Position numbers and translations under genes: made by a program. Below are positions 1-10,800 of a stretch of DNA of 64,000 bases, piece by piece; position 1 is the first letter of the stretch; each line of letters starts with the position of its first letter. Under the pieces are notes generated by a model. The model made no database searches. It was not told the DNA's origin and saw only the letters and a list, made by a program, of their open reading frames with translations. The DNA comes from a virus. The stretch lies in IMG/VR virus record IMGVR_UViG_3300028197_001738, positions 1 to 64,000 of that record; one strand, 5' to 3'.

Positions 1-1
1 T

Positions 2-253
2 CCACCGCCTCCTCCACCTCCGCCTCCTCCACCGCCTCCTCCACCCACTGCGACAGTTACGCCTACTGTGACAGTTACGCCTACTGTGACAGTTACGCCT
101 ACAGTGACAGTTACGCCTACAGTGACAGTTACGTCTACGGTAACAGTTACTCCTACCACAACTCCAACTCCGTCACCACCATCTTCTGCATATAGAGTGC
201 TAGCGCAAAGAGGAAGAATTGTCCCCAATATATCGAGCAGTATTAATCCTTAA
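2..253 (+). CDS. C-terminal fragment of a Pro/Thr-rich (mucin-like) protein, starts upstream of the window
   Basis: Frame is open from position 2: ~15 Pro, then (TVTPTV)n, ending at TAA 251-253. Confidence 0.75.
   Translation, partial: PPPPPPPPPPPPPPPTATVTPTVTVTPTVTVTPTVTVTPTVTVTSTVTVTPTTTPTPSPPSSAYRVLAQRGRIVPNISSSINP
52..141 (+). repeat. 18-bp tandem repeat, 5 copies (gacagttacgcctacwgt), coding TVTPTV
   Basis: Units read directly at 52, 70, 88, 106 and 124 (the last is degenerate). Confidence 0.9.
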
Positions 254-313
254 CAATGCAAGTCTAGTTGCTTAAAGTATTAAAATGTAAATAATTAAGA
301 GGTTTACGATAGT

Positions 314-330
314 GGTGTATCATTAAATAT
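314..330 (+). promoter_or_regulatory. Putative phage promoter motif GGTGTAT + AT-rich tail
   Basis: GGTGTATCATTAAATA in an intergenic gap; the same core recurs at 3063 and 14373. Confidence 0.5.
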
Positions 331-358
331 GTGGCATTTTACATAATGGAGAAAAAAT

Positions 359-697
359 ATGGCTGATCCTAATACAGTAGGACATTTTTTGGAAAATATG
401 ACCACTTCTATGGTAAGCATAATTATAGCTTTAATTGGTTTCTGGAGCACATTTATTAAAGGCTTGGTAAATCGAAAAGACGTAGAAGAGATGATAGCTA
501 ATAATTCTCAATCTAGTCAATATTTAAAAGATAGAGAGTTTATCATGGATAGATTAAAAGATCATAAAGAAGATAGCGCAACTTTATTCAGAGCTTTAAG
601 TAAAAATACAGAAGTAATGAGTGAATTAAAAGTTCAAATAGCACTTTTAAGTAAAACTTTAGAAGCACTAGAACATAGAATCGAAAGGTCAACATAA
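359..697 (+). CDS. Small membrane protein (one N-terminal TM plus coiled coil), holin-like
   Basis: Hydrophobic MVSIIIALIGFWSTFI, heptad-like C-terminus, GGAG SD upstream. Confidence 0.6.
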   Translation: MADPNTVGHFLENMTTSMVSIIIALIGFWSTFIKGLVNRKDVEEMIANNSQSSQYLKDREFIMDRLKDHKEDSATLFRALSKNTEVMSELKVQIALLSKTLEALEHRIERST

Positions 698-891
698 TGG
701 CAAATGATATAGAAATAATAACTGGCTCAGATCCTAAACACGGGACTATTGTTGTGGGACTACCTCCAACGGGTCCTTCTGTAGCTCCTGTTTATAGGAT
801 TAATACATATGTAACAAATTTACCAGCAAGTGGTGAGATTTTAGAAAAATATACTGATAGATTCGATGACCCAACATACTATTCTGCTTAA
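697..891 (+). CDS. Hypothetical protein
   Basis: TAATG coupling with the upstream gene; 64 aa. Confidence 0.6.
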   Translation: MANDIEIITGSDPKHGTIVVGLPPTGPSVAPVYRINTYVTNLPASGEILEKYTDRFDDPTYYSA

Positions 892-908
892 AATAATGCG
901 AGATTAAA

Positions 909-2840
909 ATGCCTAATGTAATTATTAAAATACGTAGAGATACAGCAGCAAATTGGAATGATGCCAATCCTACCCTAGTTCTGGGTGAAGCCGCCTATGA
1001 AACAGACACCAGAAAACTTAAAGTTGGTGATGGCATTGCTGATTGGGATAATTTAAACTATATTTATACTCATGAAGCTAACGACATAGATACTAAAGTA
1101 GCCTCTTTATTAACATCGGGCAGTGGAGTAGTATTAGATTACGATAGTGGTATTGGAGAACTAGCTATTTCCGCTATACCTTATATTGCTGGAAACTCTA
1201 TAGAAATTTCTAATAATATAGTTTCTTATACAGGCATATCAAGTTACGAAGCTGGCGAAGGTCTACAAATAACTAATACTAATTTAATTAGCTTTACGGG
1301 TCTTCCTCAATTTCAAGACACTTATGCAGGATCTATTAATAGTACTCATAATAATTGGAATCCTGGTGTGACAGCTCAAACTATTAGAGTAACAGGAGCC
1401 GACGGAATTTTAACAGGCATGTCTTCTGATGTATATCCCAATAGTATTTTTCTTAATATTGGGGATCAAAATATTACTATAAAACATGATCATCCTAATT
1501 CAGAAACCCAAAATAGATTTTTGGCCCCAAACAATAGGGATTATGTCGTTCCTCCAAGTGGAGGATCGGTAAGAATTATTAGAGATTATGTTGACAACTC
1601 TTGGAGAGTTTTAGGTTTTAGTAAAGACGGCATAGCAGATGAACAAGAGCAACAAGTCTATTCTTACGGTTCATCTAGTTTGGTTTTTGTTTATGATACC
1701 ACCAAAATTAGTGGTAAATCAATCATTTTCCCTGTCGGTGGTGTTAATCCTAACATAGAAGTTAATTGGGGAGATAGTAGTACTACCAAATATACAAGTA
1801 CAGGATTAAAATTTCATCACTATCCGAGTGACGGAACTTATGTTGTACAAGTAACTGGTAGTATGACAGCATTAGATTATTTAGTGTCTCCAAGTAACAA
1901 CTATGGCAAAGAAGCTTTGGTTAAATGCTTATCTTTCGGAACAGTAGGCTTAACATCTATCGATAGAGCTTTTTATAATTGTTCTAATTTAAATGAGTTG
2001 CCTTCAATATTATATACTGGAATTACAAGCATGGAAAATGCAGTATATGGAGCTACAAATTTAGATGATAGCAATTTAGTAACATGGAACACTAGCAATG
2101 TTACTAATATAGAAGGAATGTTTACAAATTCTGATACTTTTAATCAACAATTGTCAGCATGGAGTTTGTTTAATGTTACTAATTTAGATTCTGTTTTTGA
2201 AAATGCGTCAGCTTTTAATAGCAATGTTTCGTTATGGAATACTTCTAATGTCACCTCTACAAGATCTACTTTTAGGGGAGCAGCCAATTTTAATCAAGTT
2301 GTTGCAAGCTGGGATATGTCTAGGGTGACAGATATGTCATACATGTTTGCTGATGCTCAATCTTTCAACAGAGATTTAAGTTGGACGACAACTGCCTGTG
2401 CCAATATGGCTCATATGTTTAGCGGGTCTTTAGCTTTTGATTCTAGTGTAGATAGTTTTAATACTTCAAATGTAACAGATATGTCAGCTATGTTTGCTGA
2501 CTCTTTATCTTTCAATCAAAATATATCTAATTGGTCTACTTCTAGTGTAACAACAATGTCTCATATGTTTGACGGTGCAAGCTCTTTTAATCAAGACTTA
2601 AGTGGATGGGATATATCAGGATTGAATTCATCAAGTTCTCTTAATAACTTTATGAAAGGTGTTACATTAAGCACAAGCAATTATGATAATTTATTGAATT
2701 ATTGGAATACAAACAAAAACAGTTACCTTACAAATCTATCTCCTAATTTCGGACTTTCCAAACATTCTGCTTCAGCATCAGCAGCAAGGTCTGCATTAAT
2801 TAGTTATGGATGGGCTATCACAGACGGGGGCTTAGCATAA
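909..2840 (+). CDS. Putative tail fibre/adhesin: Mtd-N/hyaluronidase-N-like head, PKD-like domain, BspA/DUF285 repeats
   Basis: IKIRRDTAANW..NPTL..GE..YETDTRKLKVGDG; VNWGD; repeated W(N/D)TS.VT.M..MF..A.SFNQ. Confidence 0.8.
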   Translation: MPNVIIKIRRDTAANWNDANPTLVLGEAAYETDTRKLKVGDGIADWDNLNYIYTHEANDIDTKVASLLTSGSGVVLDYDSGIGELAISAIPYIAGNSIEISNNIVSYTGISSYEAGEGLQITNTNLISFTGLPQFQDTYAGSINSTHNNWNPGVTAQTIRVTGADGILTGMSSDVYPNSIFLNIGDQNITIKHDHPNSETQNRFLAPNNRDYVVPPSGGSVRIIRDYVDNSWRVLGFSKDGIADEQEQQVYSYGSSSLVFVYDTTKISGKSIIFPVGGVNPNIEVNWGDSSTTKYTSTGLKFHHYPSDGTYVVQVTGSMTALDYLVSPSNNYGKEALVKCLSFGTVGLTSIDRAFYNCSNLNELPSILYTGITSMENAVYGATNLDDSNLVTWNTSNVTNIEGMFTNSDTFNQQLSAWSLFNVTNLDSVFENASAFNSNVSLWNTSNVTSTRSTFRGAANFNQVVASWDMSRVTDMSYMFADAQSFNRDLSWTTTACANMAHMFSGSLAFDSSVDSFNTSNVTDMSAMFADSLSFNQNISNWSTSSVTTMSHMFDGASSFNQDLSGWDISGLNSSSSLNNFMKGVTLSTSNYDNLLNYWNTNKNSYLTNLSPNFGLSKHSASASAARSALISYGWAITDGGLA

Positions 2841-3040
2841 TGACTCACATATCTATAAATCCAACAAATAAAACGGTCTATTGGATATTTTATAATACTT
2901 CTGATCAGACATATTTATCTGGCCAAACTGCCATAGGGCAAGTTTCTGAGGCTTCTGACCAAAATTGGTCTTTACACTTACAAACTACCATACATGAACA
3001 ATGGGTGGAAGAGTGTAATAATTTAGATATTAACACATAA
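2840..3040 (+). CDS. Hypothetical protein
   Basis: Likely ATG at 2840 overlapping the upstream TAA (TAATG). Confidence 0.6.
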   Translation: MTHISINPTNKTVYWIFYNTSDQTYLSGQTAIGQVSEASDQNWSLHLQTTIHEQWVEECNNLDINT

Positions 3041-3062
3041 ATCATTTCTTATCTTAGGCATG

Positions 3063-3080
3063 GGTGTATATAATTGTATA
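3063..3080 (+). promoter_or_regulatory. Putative phage promoter motif GGTGTAT
   Basis: GGTGTATATAATTGTATA about 30 nt before the ATG at 3100, followed by an AGGAG SD. Confidence 0.5.
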
Positions 3081-3099
3081 CAATTGCAGGAGAATATAA

Positions 3100-3573
3100 A
3101 TGCGTTTTAAGCCAGGCTATAGAACTAGTGAATTTTGGTTTACATTAGTTAGTTTTGTATTTAGTGCTCTGTTTCTGACAGGTATAATCCAAGATAATGG
3201 CACTAAAGAAGAATTAATTAGTGTGGTAACCCATGCTGTCGAGAGTATTATATTGGTAGGGGGTCAAATCATTATTTTTTATAGATATGTCGCTAGTAGA
3301 GATAGACAAAAACGAGAATTCAATTATGACAATGAAAAAGCTATAGAAAGTCATGTCGGGGTTGGCAAGACTTATGATATTATTAATATAAATAATGCGG
3401 ACATAGGAGACCTGATACAATTACCACATATAGGCACAGCTATAGCTCAACGTATTATTGATTATAGATTAACCTATGACGGTTTTAAAGAGATTGAAGA
3501 TATTAAAAAAATAAAAGGTGTGGGCGATTCTATTTATCAAGAAATTAAAAATTTTATATCAATAAAAGGTTAA
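3100..3573 (+). CDS. Two-TM membrane protein fused to a ComEA-type helix-hairpin-helix DNA-binding domain
   Basis: KPGYRTSEFW plus two hydrophobic segments; ININNAD..L..LPHIG..IAQRIIDYR...F..IEDI..IKGVG. Confidence 0.8.
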   Translation: MRFKPGYRTSEFWFTLVSFVFSALFLTGIIQDNGTKEELISVVTHAVESIILVGGQIIIFYRYVASRDRQKREFNYDNEKAIESHVGVGKTYDIININNADIGDLIQLPHIGTAIAQRIIDYRLTYDGFKEIEDIKKIKGVGDSIYQEIKNFISIKG

Positions 3574-3581
3574 AACATAAC

Positions 3582-4025
3582 ATGAGCGAAACAACAAAAG
3601 ATCTAATCAGAAAAGAAGTAGCAGGTCTTATAGACGAAAGTAAAAAAGCTTTATCTGAGGTAAAAACTTTCGCTTTAGCAGAAGTGTGGAAGATACTACA
3701 ATTATTGACGGCTACTATTATTAGGCTAATTGAAAATTTAGGTAAAGATTTAAGTAGCCCAGAGAAAAAGACACTTGCTATGGAATTAATAGGTAAATTT
3801 TATGATGAAGTTTTTAAATATGTTGACGTCCCATGGGTTCCATCTCCTATAGAAAGTGTTCTTCATGGCTATCTCAAAAACATAATAATGTTATTGGTAG
3901 ATTCTGCTATTGATGCCATGGTTACTACATTCAGACAGGTTGGTATATTTTTAGATAAAGAAGTAGAGTCTCAGTCCGGAGACAATAATAACCTTGTTAA
4001 TGATTTTATAAACTCGATTACATAG
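3582..4025 (+). CDS. Hypothetical helical/amphipathic protein
   Basis: 147-aa ORF in a tight operon. Confidence 0.65.
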   Translation: MSETTKDLIRKEVAGLIDESKKALSEVKTFALAEVWKILQLLTATIIRLIENLGKDLSSPEKKTLAMELIGKFYDEVFKYVDVPWVPSPIESVLHGYLKNIIMLLVDSAIDAMVTTFRQVGIFLDKEVESQSGDNNNLVNDFINSIT

Positions 4026-4040
4026 TACTGTGAGGAAATA

Positions 4041-4427
4041 ATGAATTTTACAGAAACTTTTAATGATTTTAGTGCTAGTCTAGGCCCAATGGATATAGCA
4101 CTATATGGTGGTGTTGGTATAGTTTTATGGGTTTTGTTTAAAGACAAATTAAGCCCCGTTCAAAAAACTGTATTAGATTTATTTAATGGAATAAAATCTA
4201 AAGTTAATATAGATGGTATTTCTGTCATAGATGAAACTGTTTCAGACAAATCAGACGCTAAGCAAAAAGATCTGTTCTTTGACTTAGTAGTATCTTGGAA
4301 ACAAACTAGGGACTTAGCTGTTCGCAGTGGATGCAATAAAGCTGTTGAGGTTGCAGATTCCATGTTTCCTTACTTAAGTCCTACAGTCTGTGGAGACAAT
4401 GAAAAGGTTGACAACAATGCAGAATAA
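4041..4427 (+). CDS. Hypothetical single-TM protein
   Basis: IALYGGVGIVLWVLF; GAGG SD. Confidence 0.65.
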   Translation: MNFTETFNDFSASLGPMDIALYGGVGIVLWVLFKDKLSPVQKTVLDLFNGIKSKVNIDGISVIDETVSDKSDAKQKDLFFDLVVSWKQTRDLAVRSGCNKAVEVADSMFPYLSPTVCGDNEKVDNNAE

Positions 4428-4920
4428 ACTTTTATTAGCAGCTGGTGTTGTTTTAATATTTCTGGGTGTTGTAAAACCTAATTTAAATAATTTATTGCCT
4501 GCAAATTCAAACACAGTATGCTCTGTAGAAAACTTTGTAACAGACGCCCCTGCTGATATTGAATTAATGAATAAGGCCGAAGTTGTTGTTAAAATATTAC
4601 AAGAGTCTGATGATTCAACAAAAAAACAAGACTGTTTAAAATTATCGGCTTTATATTCTGATATGTCTCAATTAATAGAACTAGACGGAGATGATCAGAT
4701 TATTAATAATACTGCGAATATTAGAAAAGCAAACAGTTTAGCTGGTAAAATGCTTAGACTCAATATCAAAGACAAATATCCTAATCTAGCAGAAGCTGCA
4801 CAAGATTTGTTATTTTTTCAATTAGGAAATAAAGACGTTAAACTAGATAAAGAACTTAGATCAAAAGCCATAGAGGCTTTTAGAGCTTTATCCTGGGCTT
4901 TTTATAGAGGTGGTAAATAA
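4417..4920 (+). CDS. Hypothetical secreted/membrane-anchored protein
   Basis: Likely start MQNKLLLAAGVVLIFLGVV (signal/anchor). Confidence 0.65.
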   Translation: MQNKLLLAAGVVLIFLGVVKPNLNNLLPANSNTVCSVENFVTDAPADIELMNKAEVVVKILQESDDSTKKQDCLKLSALYSDMSQLIELDGDDQIINNTANIRKANSLAGKMLRLNIKDKYPNLAEAAQDLLFFQLGNKDVKLDKELRSKAIEAFRALSWAFYRGGK

Positions 4921-4922
4921 TA

Positions 4923-5849
4923 ATGCCAAGATTTACACCTAATGATCTTTATAATGAATACCGTAAAGGATTTAGTGGATGCTTATGGGAAGAGCATGTA
5001 TTTGAAGAATTAATTACCACTAGTAAGTATGCTTTTTTTAAAGATGGTGCTAAACGAATTAAAAATAGTGGTAAGGGAAAGCTATCAACACCTTTCAAAT
5101 CTGTATTAAAATTTGATAAAAATGCTTATATTGAAAGACAAACCACAGGAGATTGTGTTTCTCACGCGACACGTAATGGGTGCGATGTAACAAGAGCTGT
5201 GGAAATAGATATTAAGGGAGATAGAGAAAGCTGGGTCGCCAGAGGTGCTACAGAAGCAATATATGGAGCAAGAGGTCATGGTGGACAAGGCATGAGCTGT
5301 AGTAGAGCAGCTACATTTGTTAGTAAAACAGGAGGTGTGCTTGTTCGTAAAAATTATCCGGGAGTAGCAAATTTTAGCAAATACAACGGTAATATGGGTG
5401 CTAAATGGGGATCTAGAGGTCTTCCCGACAAAGTAATACAAAAAGCTGATGATCATCAAATCAGAACAGTTTCGTTGATTAAGACAGTAGAAGAAGCTAG
5501 AGACGCACTTGCCAATGGGTATGGTTTAAGTGTGTGTAGTGGTTATGGATTTTCTAATCGTAGAGACTCCAAGGGATTTGCTCGAAAAAGTGGGTCCTGG
5601 AATCACGCTATGTCCTGGACGGCTTGTGACGATACAGGTGATGAACCTGCCTTTCTTGTACAAAATAGCTGGGGTAAATTCAATAGTGGAGGACATCCAG
5701 AATGGGGTCCGATCCCAGATGGTTCTTTTTTAATACATGCAGATATAGCAGCAGGTATGCTTAGACAAAATGGCGCGTATGCTTTTAGCGACTTTAATGG
5801 TTTCCCCCCTCAAAAACTTCCGGACTACGGTTTCGTAGATTACTTATGA
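4923..5849 (+). CDS. Papain-like (C1) cysteine peptidase
   Basis: Q-TTGD-C-VSHA (oxyanion Q, catalytic C), WN-H-AM, Q-N-SWG. Confidence 0.8.
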   Translation: MPRFTPNDLYNEYRKGFSGCLWEEHVFEELITTSKYAFFKDGAKRIKNSGKGKLSTPFKSVLKFDKNAYIERQTTGDCVSHATRNGCDVTRAVEIDIKGDRESWVARGATEAIYGARGHGGQGMSCSRAATFVSKTGGVLVRKNYPGVANFSKYNGNMGAKWGSRGLPDKVIQKADDHQIRTVSLIKTVEEARDALANGYGLSVCSGYGFSNRRDSKGFARKSGSWNHAMSWTACDDTGDEPAFLVQNSWGKFNSGGHPEWGPIPDGSFLIHADIAAGMLRQNGAYAFSDFNGFPPQKLPDYGFVDYL

Positions 5850-6001
5850 AATTTTTAGATAAAATAGCCTTAAACAGATTTATTAAGATAATTACTGATT
5901 TTATACTTTCTATTATGAAAATGTTTCAACATACGAATAATAGTGTAAAACCAGAAAGAAAAAAACCCATCATTGATTTATTGAGGAGATGGATAAAGTG
6001 A
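5846..6001 (+). CDS. Small 51-aa protein missing from the ORF track (MKFLDKIALNRFIKIITDFILSIMKMF...)
   Basis: ATGA overlap with the peptidase stop; fills the gap to the next gene. Confidence 0.6.
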   Translation: MKFLDKIALNRFIKIITDFILSIMKMFQHTNNSVKPERKKPIIDLLRRWIK

Positions 6002-6246
6002 TTAATAAAATATTGTTAAGTACAATTGTGGCCTTGCCTTTAATTTTGGGTCAATCTAATTCAACTCAAACAAAAAGTTATTATAGTACTACTGCTGTGG
6101 TTTCTTTGGTGGGTGGTGTAATCAGTAGTTCTGATCAAGAAAACACAGAAAAGTATAAAAGAGAAGACTGTCCAGTGTGTGAAGGCAAAGGATGGTATAT
6201 GAGTGGCGATGGTATCAAAAAAATAACTTGTCAATATTGTGAATAA
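5989..6246 (+). CDS. Signal-peptide protein with CxxCxGxG zinc-finger-like C-terminus
   Basis: Hydrophobic N-terminus; CPVCEGKG...CQYC; GAGGAG SD. Confidence 0.65.
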   Translation: MDKVINKILLSTIVALPLILGQSNSTQTKSYYSTTAVVSLVGGVISSSDQENTEKYKREDCPVCEGKGWYMSGDGIKKITCQYCE

Positions 6247-6248
6247 GC

Positions 6249-7862
6249 ATGGCATTAGAATTAAATAACTGTAATAGTGCAAATTATAATTTTACGGCAG
6301 ACTGGAATAGTCAAGACGGGAATGTAAGCACGGTAGGATCTAACGGGAAAAGCAGTTATTATGGAACGTATGATCAAGCTGGAAATGTTTGGCAATTATT
6401 AGATTCCTTAAATGGTTCATACCAAGCCCTTAGAGGAGGAGCATATAATAGTATAGATACTAATATATCTAAAAATTATAGAAGTTCACAATATTTAGAT
6501 GCAAAAAGATCAAACCTTGGCTTTAGAATAGCAAAGAAGATAAATAATACAGATTCTTATAGTTCTTTCGTAAGTGTGACAGGAAGTAGTGTTCAAGACT
6601 CTACAACATACGGGGGAGTAGCTTACGATTTTAAACTGCAAACCTATCCAGTGACCAATACAGAATATGTCGAATTCTTAAATACAGTAGCTGTTGATGG
6701 GGCCCCAGGTAAAGAACTGTATCATATCAATATGGGTGTTTTCCCTCACGGAGGCATAGAAAGAAATGGAGAGTTTCCGACTTATACATATTCTATAAAA
6801 ACAGATATGGGGAATAAACCCATTAATTTTATTAATTGGTACTCTGCTGTTAGGTTTATTAACTGGATAAGCAACGGAAAACAAACAGATGTAGATACCA
6901 CAGAATCAGGAGTTTACACATTAAACGGGAATGTAAAAAGTTCTCCTCTTAATAAGAATACATACTGGCTACCAACAGAAAACGAATGGTACAAAGCTGC
7001 TTATTATGATCCCAGTTCTTCCACGTATTCGACTTATGCGACACAATCTAATTCATTACCAGATTCCGTTACTGTAGATTCCACAGGATACGCAGTAGAT
7101 ACAGCAAGCAATCCTGGGATTTGTATTAGTCCGACACCTACTCAGACCCATACTGCGAGTCGAACCCCAACAAATACTAGCACAGCATCTCCAACCCCAA
7201 CAAATACTAGCACATCCACGCAGACTCCCACAGCGACACCTACTAATACGGCAACACAAACTTCTACTGCTTCTACAACACCAACGCCAACTAACACCAA
7301 CACCTCTACTGTGACTCACACTCCTACTCATTCTTCTACAGTAACCCCCACAAGAACTCCTACTAATACTCCAACCGCTACGGCAACTCCAACTATCACC
7401 CCAACAGCTAGTACTACTCCTACAATAACTCCAAGTGTCACTAAATCTCAATGTCCTCAAGAAAAAATAGGTCAATTAATTTTTCAAGATAATATATTTT
7501 TAAATGATGCGATGGATATAGTGTATAAAGGTTTTGTGCTGTCTGGTAAAGTTATAGGACAAAATGTTTCTGTTTCCGAGGCTTTAGATGTTACACCTAC
7601 TACAACTCCTACACAAACACCAACCAATACATCAACTCCTACACAAACTCCGTCCAATACTCCAACAGGCACAACAACACCTACATCAACTCCTACTCCT
7701 ACAAACTCTAGAACACCACAGCAGACAGCGACAAACACCCACACGCCAACAGCCTCAGTCACATCAACACCAACTAATACCGAAACACCCACACCTACAC
7801 CTAGCGCAACAGAAAATTGGACAATTATATATGATGGTGGTGACGCATATGGAAATGTATAG
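6249..7862 (+). CDS. Circularly permuted FGE-sulfatase (SUMF1/CLec-fold) domain plus two Thr/Pro stalks
   Basis: [15 protein letters not shown] and GFRIA precede [21 protein letters not shown] and [12 protein letters not shown]. Confidence 0.8.
   Translation: MALELNNCNSANYNFTADWNSQDGNVSTVGSNGKSSYYGTYDQAGNVWQLLDSLNGSYQALRGGAYNSIDTNISKNYRSSQYLDAKRSNLGFRIAKKINNTDSYSSFVSVTGSSVQDSTTYGGVAYDFKLQTYPVTNTEYVEFLNTVAVDGAPGKELYHINMGVFPHGGIERNGEFPTYTYSIKTDMGNKPINFINWYSAVRFINWISNGKQTDVDTTESGVYTLNGNVKSSPLNKNTYWLPTENEWYKAAYYDPSSSTYSTYATQSNSLPDSVTVDSTGYAVDTASNPGICISPTPTQTHTASRTPTNTSTASPTPTNTSTSTQTPTATPTNTATQTSTASTTPTPTNTNTSTVTHTPTHSSTVTPTRTPTNTPTATATPTITPTASTTPTITPSVTKSQCPQEKIGQLIFQDNIFLNDAMDIVYKGFVLSGKVIGQNVSVSEALDVTPTTTPTQTPTNTSTPTQTPSNTPTGTTTPTSTPTPTNSRTPQQTATNTHTPTASVTSTPTNTETPTPTPSATENWTIIYDGGDAYGNV
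7130..7810 (+). repeat. Two Thr/Pro/Asn low-complexity coding tracts (~7130-7440 and ~7590-7810)
   Basis: TPT(N/Q/A)T repeats with degenerate codons. Confidence 0.85.
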
Positions 7863-7892
7863 CTCTATAAACCCAAAAATTTAAGAAATATT

Positions 7893-10800
7893 ATGTCAAA
7901 CACTTCCCTTCAACACAATTTACAACTTGATCCAACTCAGCATGTTATATTTAGCGAAGCTTTTAGGAATGGCGATAAACAACCCTTAAATGGAAGAACA
8001 TACTATAACAATCCCCTGTCTGTAACATTGTATGAAGGCGAAATTGCTAAAATAACAGCGACGGGATTGATAAATTTTAATAATCATTGTGACCCCTATA
8101 CTCCCGATGGTAGTGCTACATGTTCTAGTCAGACCGATATGGTCGGAGGTTCTCCTCCCGGAGCATTATATGGAAGATTAGGTTTAGGAAATATTTTCCG
8201 AATAGGGTCATCTTCTACAATTACTGTATCCAAAACACAAGTTTTACATTTATTTTTAATAGACAGACCAGCAGAAGATAATTCAGGTAGCTGGGATATT
8301 ACAGTAGATATTTCTAGTCTTCGAGCTGCTCGTAGAGATGAACAAAACTGTTTTAATAAATTAGATTCAGATTTGCCCCAAGGTTTAAATTGTTGTTCAT
8401 TCATACAAACAGCCCTTCCTAATAGTGCTAATTATGGTAAGAATGCCAATTGGAAAGGTAGTGTTAATTCAAGCCTGCCTTTCGTTTCAGGTAATATAAC
8501 GACTGTGGGCAGTAATGGAGGAGCTAGTTATTACGGAACGCGAGATCAAACAGGGAATGTTGCAGAGATTAACGACGCATATATAGTTGATCCTGTCGGA
8601 GGTGACTCTAGAGGTCTTAGAGGAGGATCTTTTGCAGAACAAATACAGTTTATTTCAAAATCTCATAGAGGGTCCGTGCCTGTTCAAGATGCAGGAGAAT
8701 TTAGTAGCGACATAGGATTTAGATTATCTTCTCCGTATGACGAAGGGGTGTATAGATTCCATAATCAATTTTTGCCTGTTCTTAATTCTGGAAATACCGC
8801 AGACTCTACGAGCTATGGGAATGTTGATTATAATTATTATATCACCAAATTCCCGATTAGTAATACTGAATATGTGCAATTCCTTAATACAGTGGATCCA
8901 AGCGGAGATAATCAGCAGGATTTATTTAAGTCATCTACTCAAAATTTTTATAGAGGCATATCTAACACAGGAACAGTAAGTGGTTCGATATACGGATGTG
9001 ATGTAAATATGGATTTCAAGCCAGTGAATTTGGTAGACTGGTTTAATGCTGCTAGATTTGCTAACTGGTTACATAATAAAGTTTCTATCGGCCCTGATGT
9101 TACTGGGGACGCAGCTACAGAAGATGGAGCTTATACTTTAAATGGCCTTAACAGCGGTGTTGTTTATGCTAATGCTGACGCAAAATACAGAATACCAACT
9201 GAAGATGAATGGTATAAAGCGGCTTATTATGATGGTTCTGTAGATAGTTATTGGAAATATGCGACACAAACCAATGACGACCCAGAACAAGTTTGTGCTA
9301 GTAACGCAGGAGATGGAGGACAGTGCGATCCTCTACCAACTCCAACAGCAACGCCGACGAGTACAGTAACCCCAACAAATACAGCTACCGCTGGTCCTAC
9401 TCCTACACAAACAGCTACAGCTACAGTTACTCCAACAAACACCGCTTCTGCTACAGCGACACCTACTAACACCCCTACTAACACCGTTACTCCAACTAAC
9501 ACTCCTACTTCATCTGTAACTCCTACTCAAACAGCTTCAGCAACAGCTACGACCACAGCTGTTCCTACGGCCACAGCTTCTGTGACACCGACACAAACAC
9601 CAACAAATACTCCTACAAATTCAGTTACTCCTACACAAACAGCTTCAGCAACAGCTACATCTACCACTACTGCCACTCCAACACAAACGCCAACAAATAC
9701 TCCTACTAATTCAGTAACTCCTACCACAACCCCAACAAATACGGCAACTACTACTGCCACGGCCACCACAACACACACTCCAACTAATACTCAAACACCA
9801 ACGAACACACCAACAAATAGTGTGACTCCTACTCAAACACCAACTAATACTGTTACTCCTTCTTCGACAAACACTAGTACTCCCACTCCCACAGCGACAA
9901 CAACGGGTACGGCTACTCCTTCTCCCACAGTCACTAGTACTGTCACTCCAAGTAACACTCAAACGAATACAGCAACTTTAACAGCTACTCCCACTAATTC
10001 CGCAACCCCTACTCAAACGCCAACGAACACGCCAACGCAAACTAATACGGCTAGCCCCAACAGCACACCAACGCTTACGACGACGAACACTCCGACCAAC
10101 ACCTTAACTCAGATGTTCTTCACTCCTACCCCAACGAATACCCCATCGAACACAGCTACTGTTACGCCAACAGCTACTACTACAGCAACAGCTACGCCTA
10201 CAAGTACCACAGAAGCAACAGCAACCCCTACAACAACACAGACAGCAACTGTCACGCCAACCTCATCAGTAACACCTACTATAACCCCTACAACAACTCA
10301 GACTCCAACCAATAGTCCAACCTCTTCTGTAACCCCAACGATAACTCCAACTAGTACTATAACTCCGAGTATTACTCCTACGATCACTCCTTCTGTAAGT
10401 GTCCTTGGGGACACGAACAACATGCAATTAGTTGTTGAAGTCGTTGACGCAGCAGTAACTAGTCAATCAACTCTAACAGTGCTTCTAGACCCAACTGATA
10501 CCTGTGTTATTAATTGGGGAGATGGTGAAGTGGAATATGTCACTAACGAACAACCATCAGTTTACACTCATACCTATTCGGCTAATGGAGTTTATAGAGC
10601 GTCAATTGTAAACCCAATTCAAAGAATAAGTTTTTATGGTTCGGTTGTATTGACCCATGTTTTGAGCTGGGGTAATTCTCCCGAATTAGGAAAATATCCA
10701 GGCTATGGAATGTTTGAACAATGTATAAATTTAGTAGGAGTCCCATCAATATTTCCCGCTAATCTTGTATTCGCATCATATATGTTTGCTGGTTGTAGAA

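Noticed and set aside
52-141. CRISPR array
   Set aside because: Contiguous in-frame 18-bp coding repeats with no spacers; no cas operon, and the Cas4-like gene sits in a replication context.
6249-9330. Diversity-generating retroelement (CLec/FGE and Mtd-like targets are present)
   Set aside because: No reverse transcriptase, Avd or near-identical TR/VR pair differing at adenines was seen in the window; one elsewhere in the genome cannot be excluded.
7056-9962. Minus-strand Val/Gly/Ala-rich or Cys/Arg/Ser-rich ORFs (7056, 7484, 9248, 9527, 9711)
   Set aside because: Antisense shadows of Thr/Pro codon repeats.
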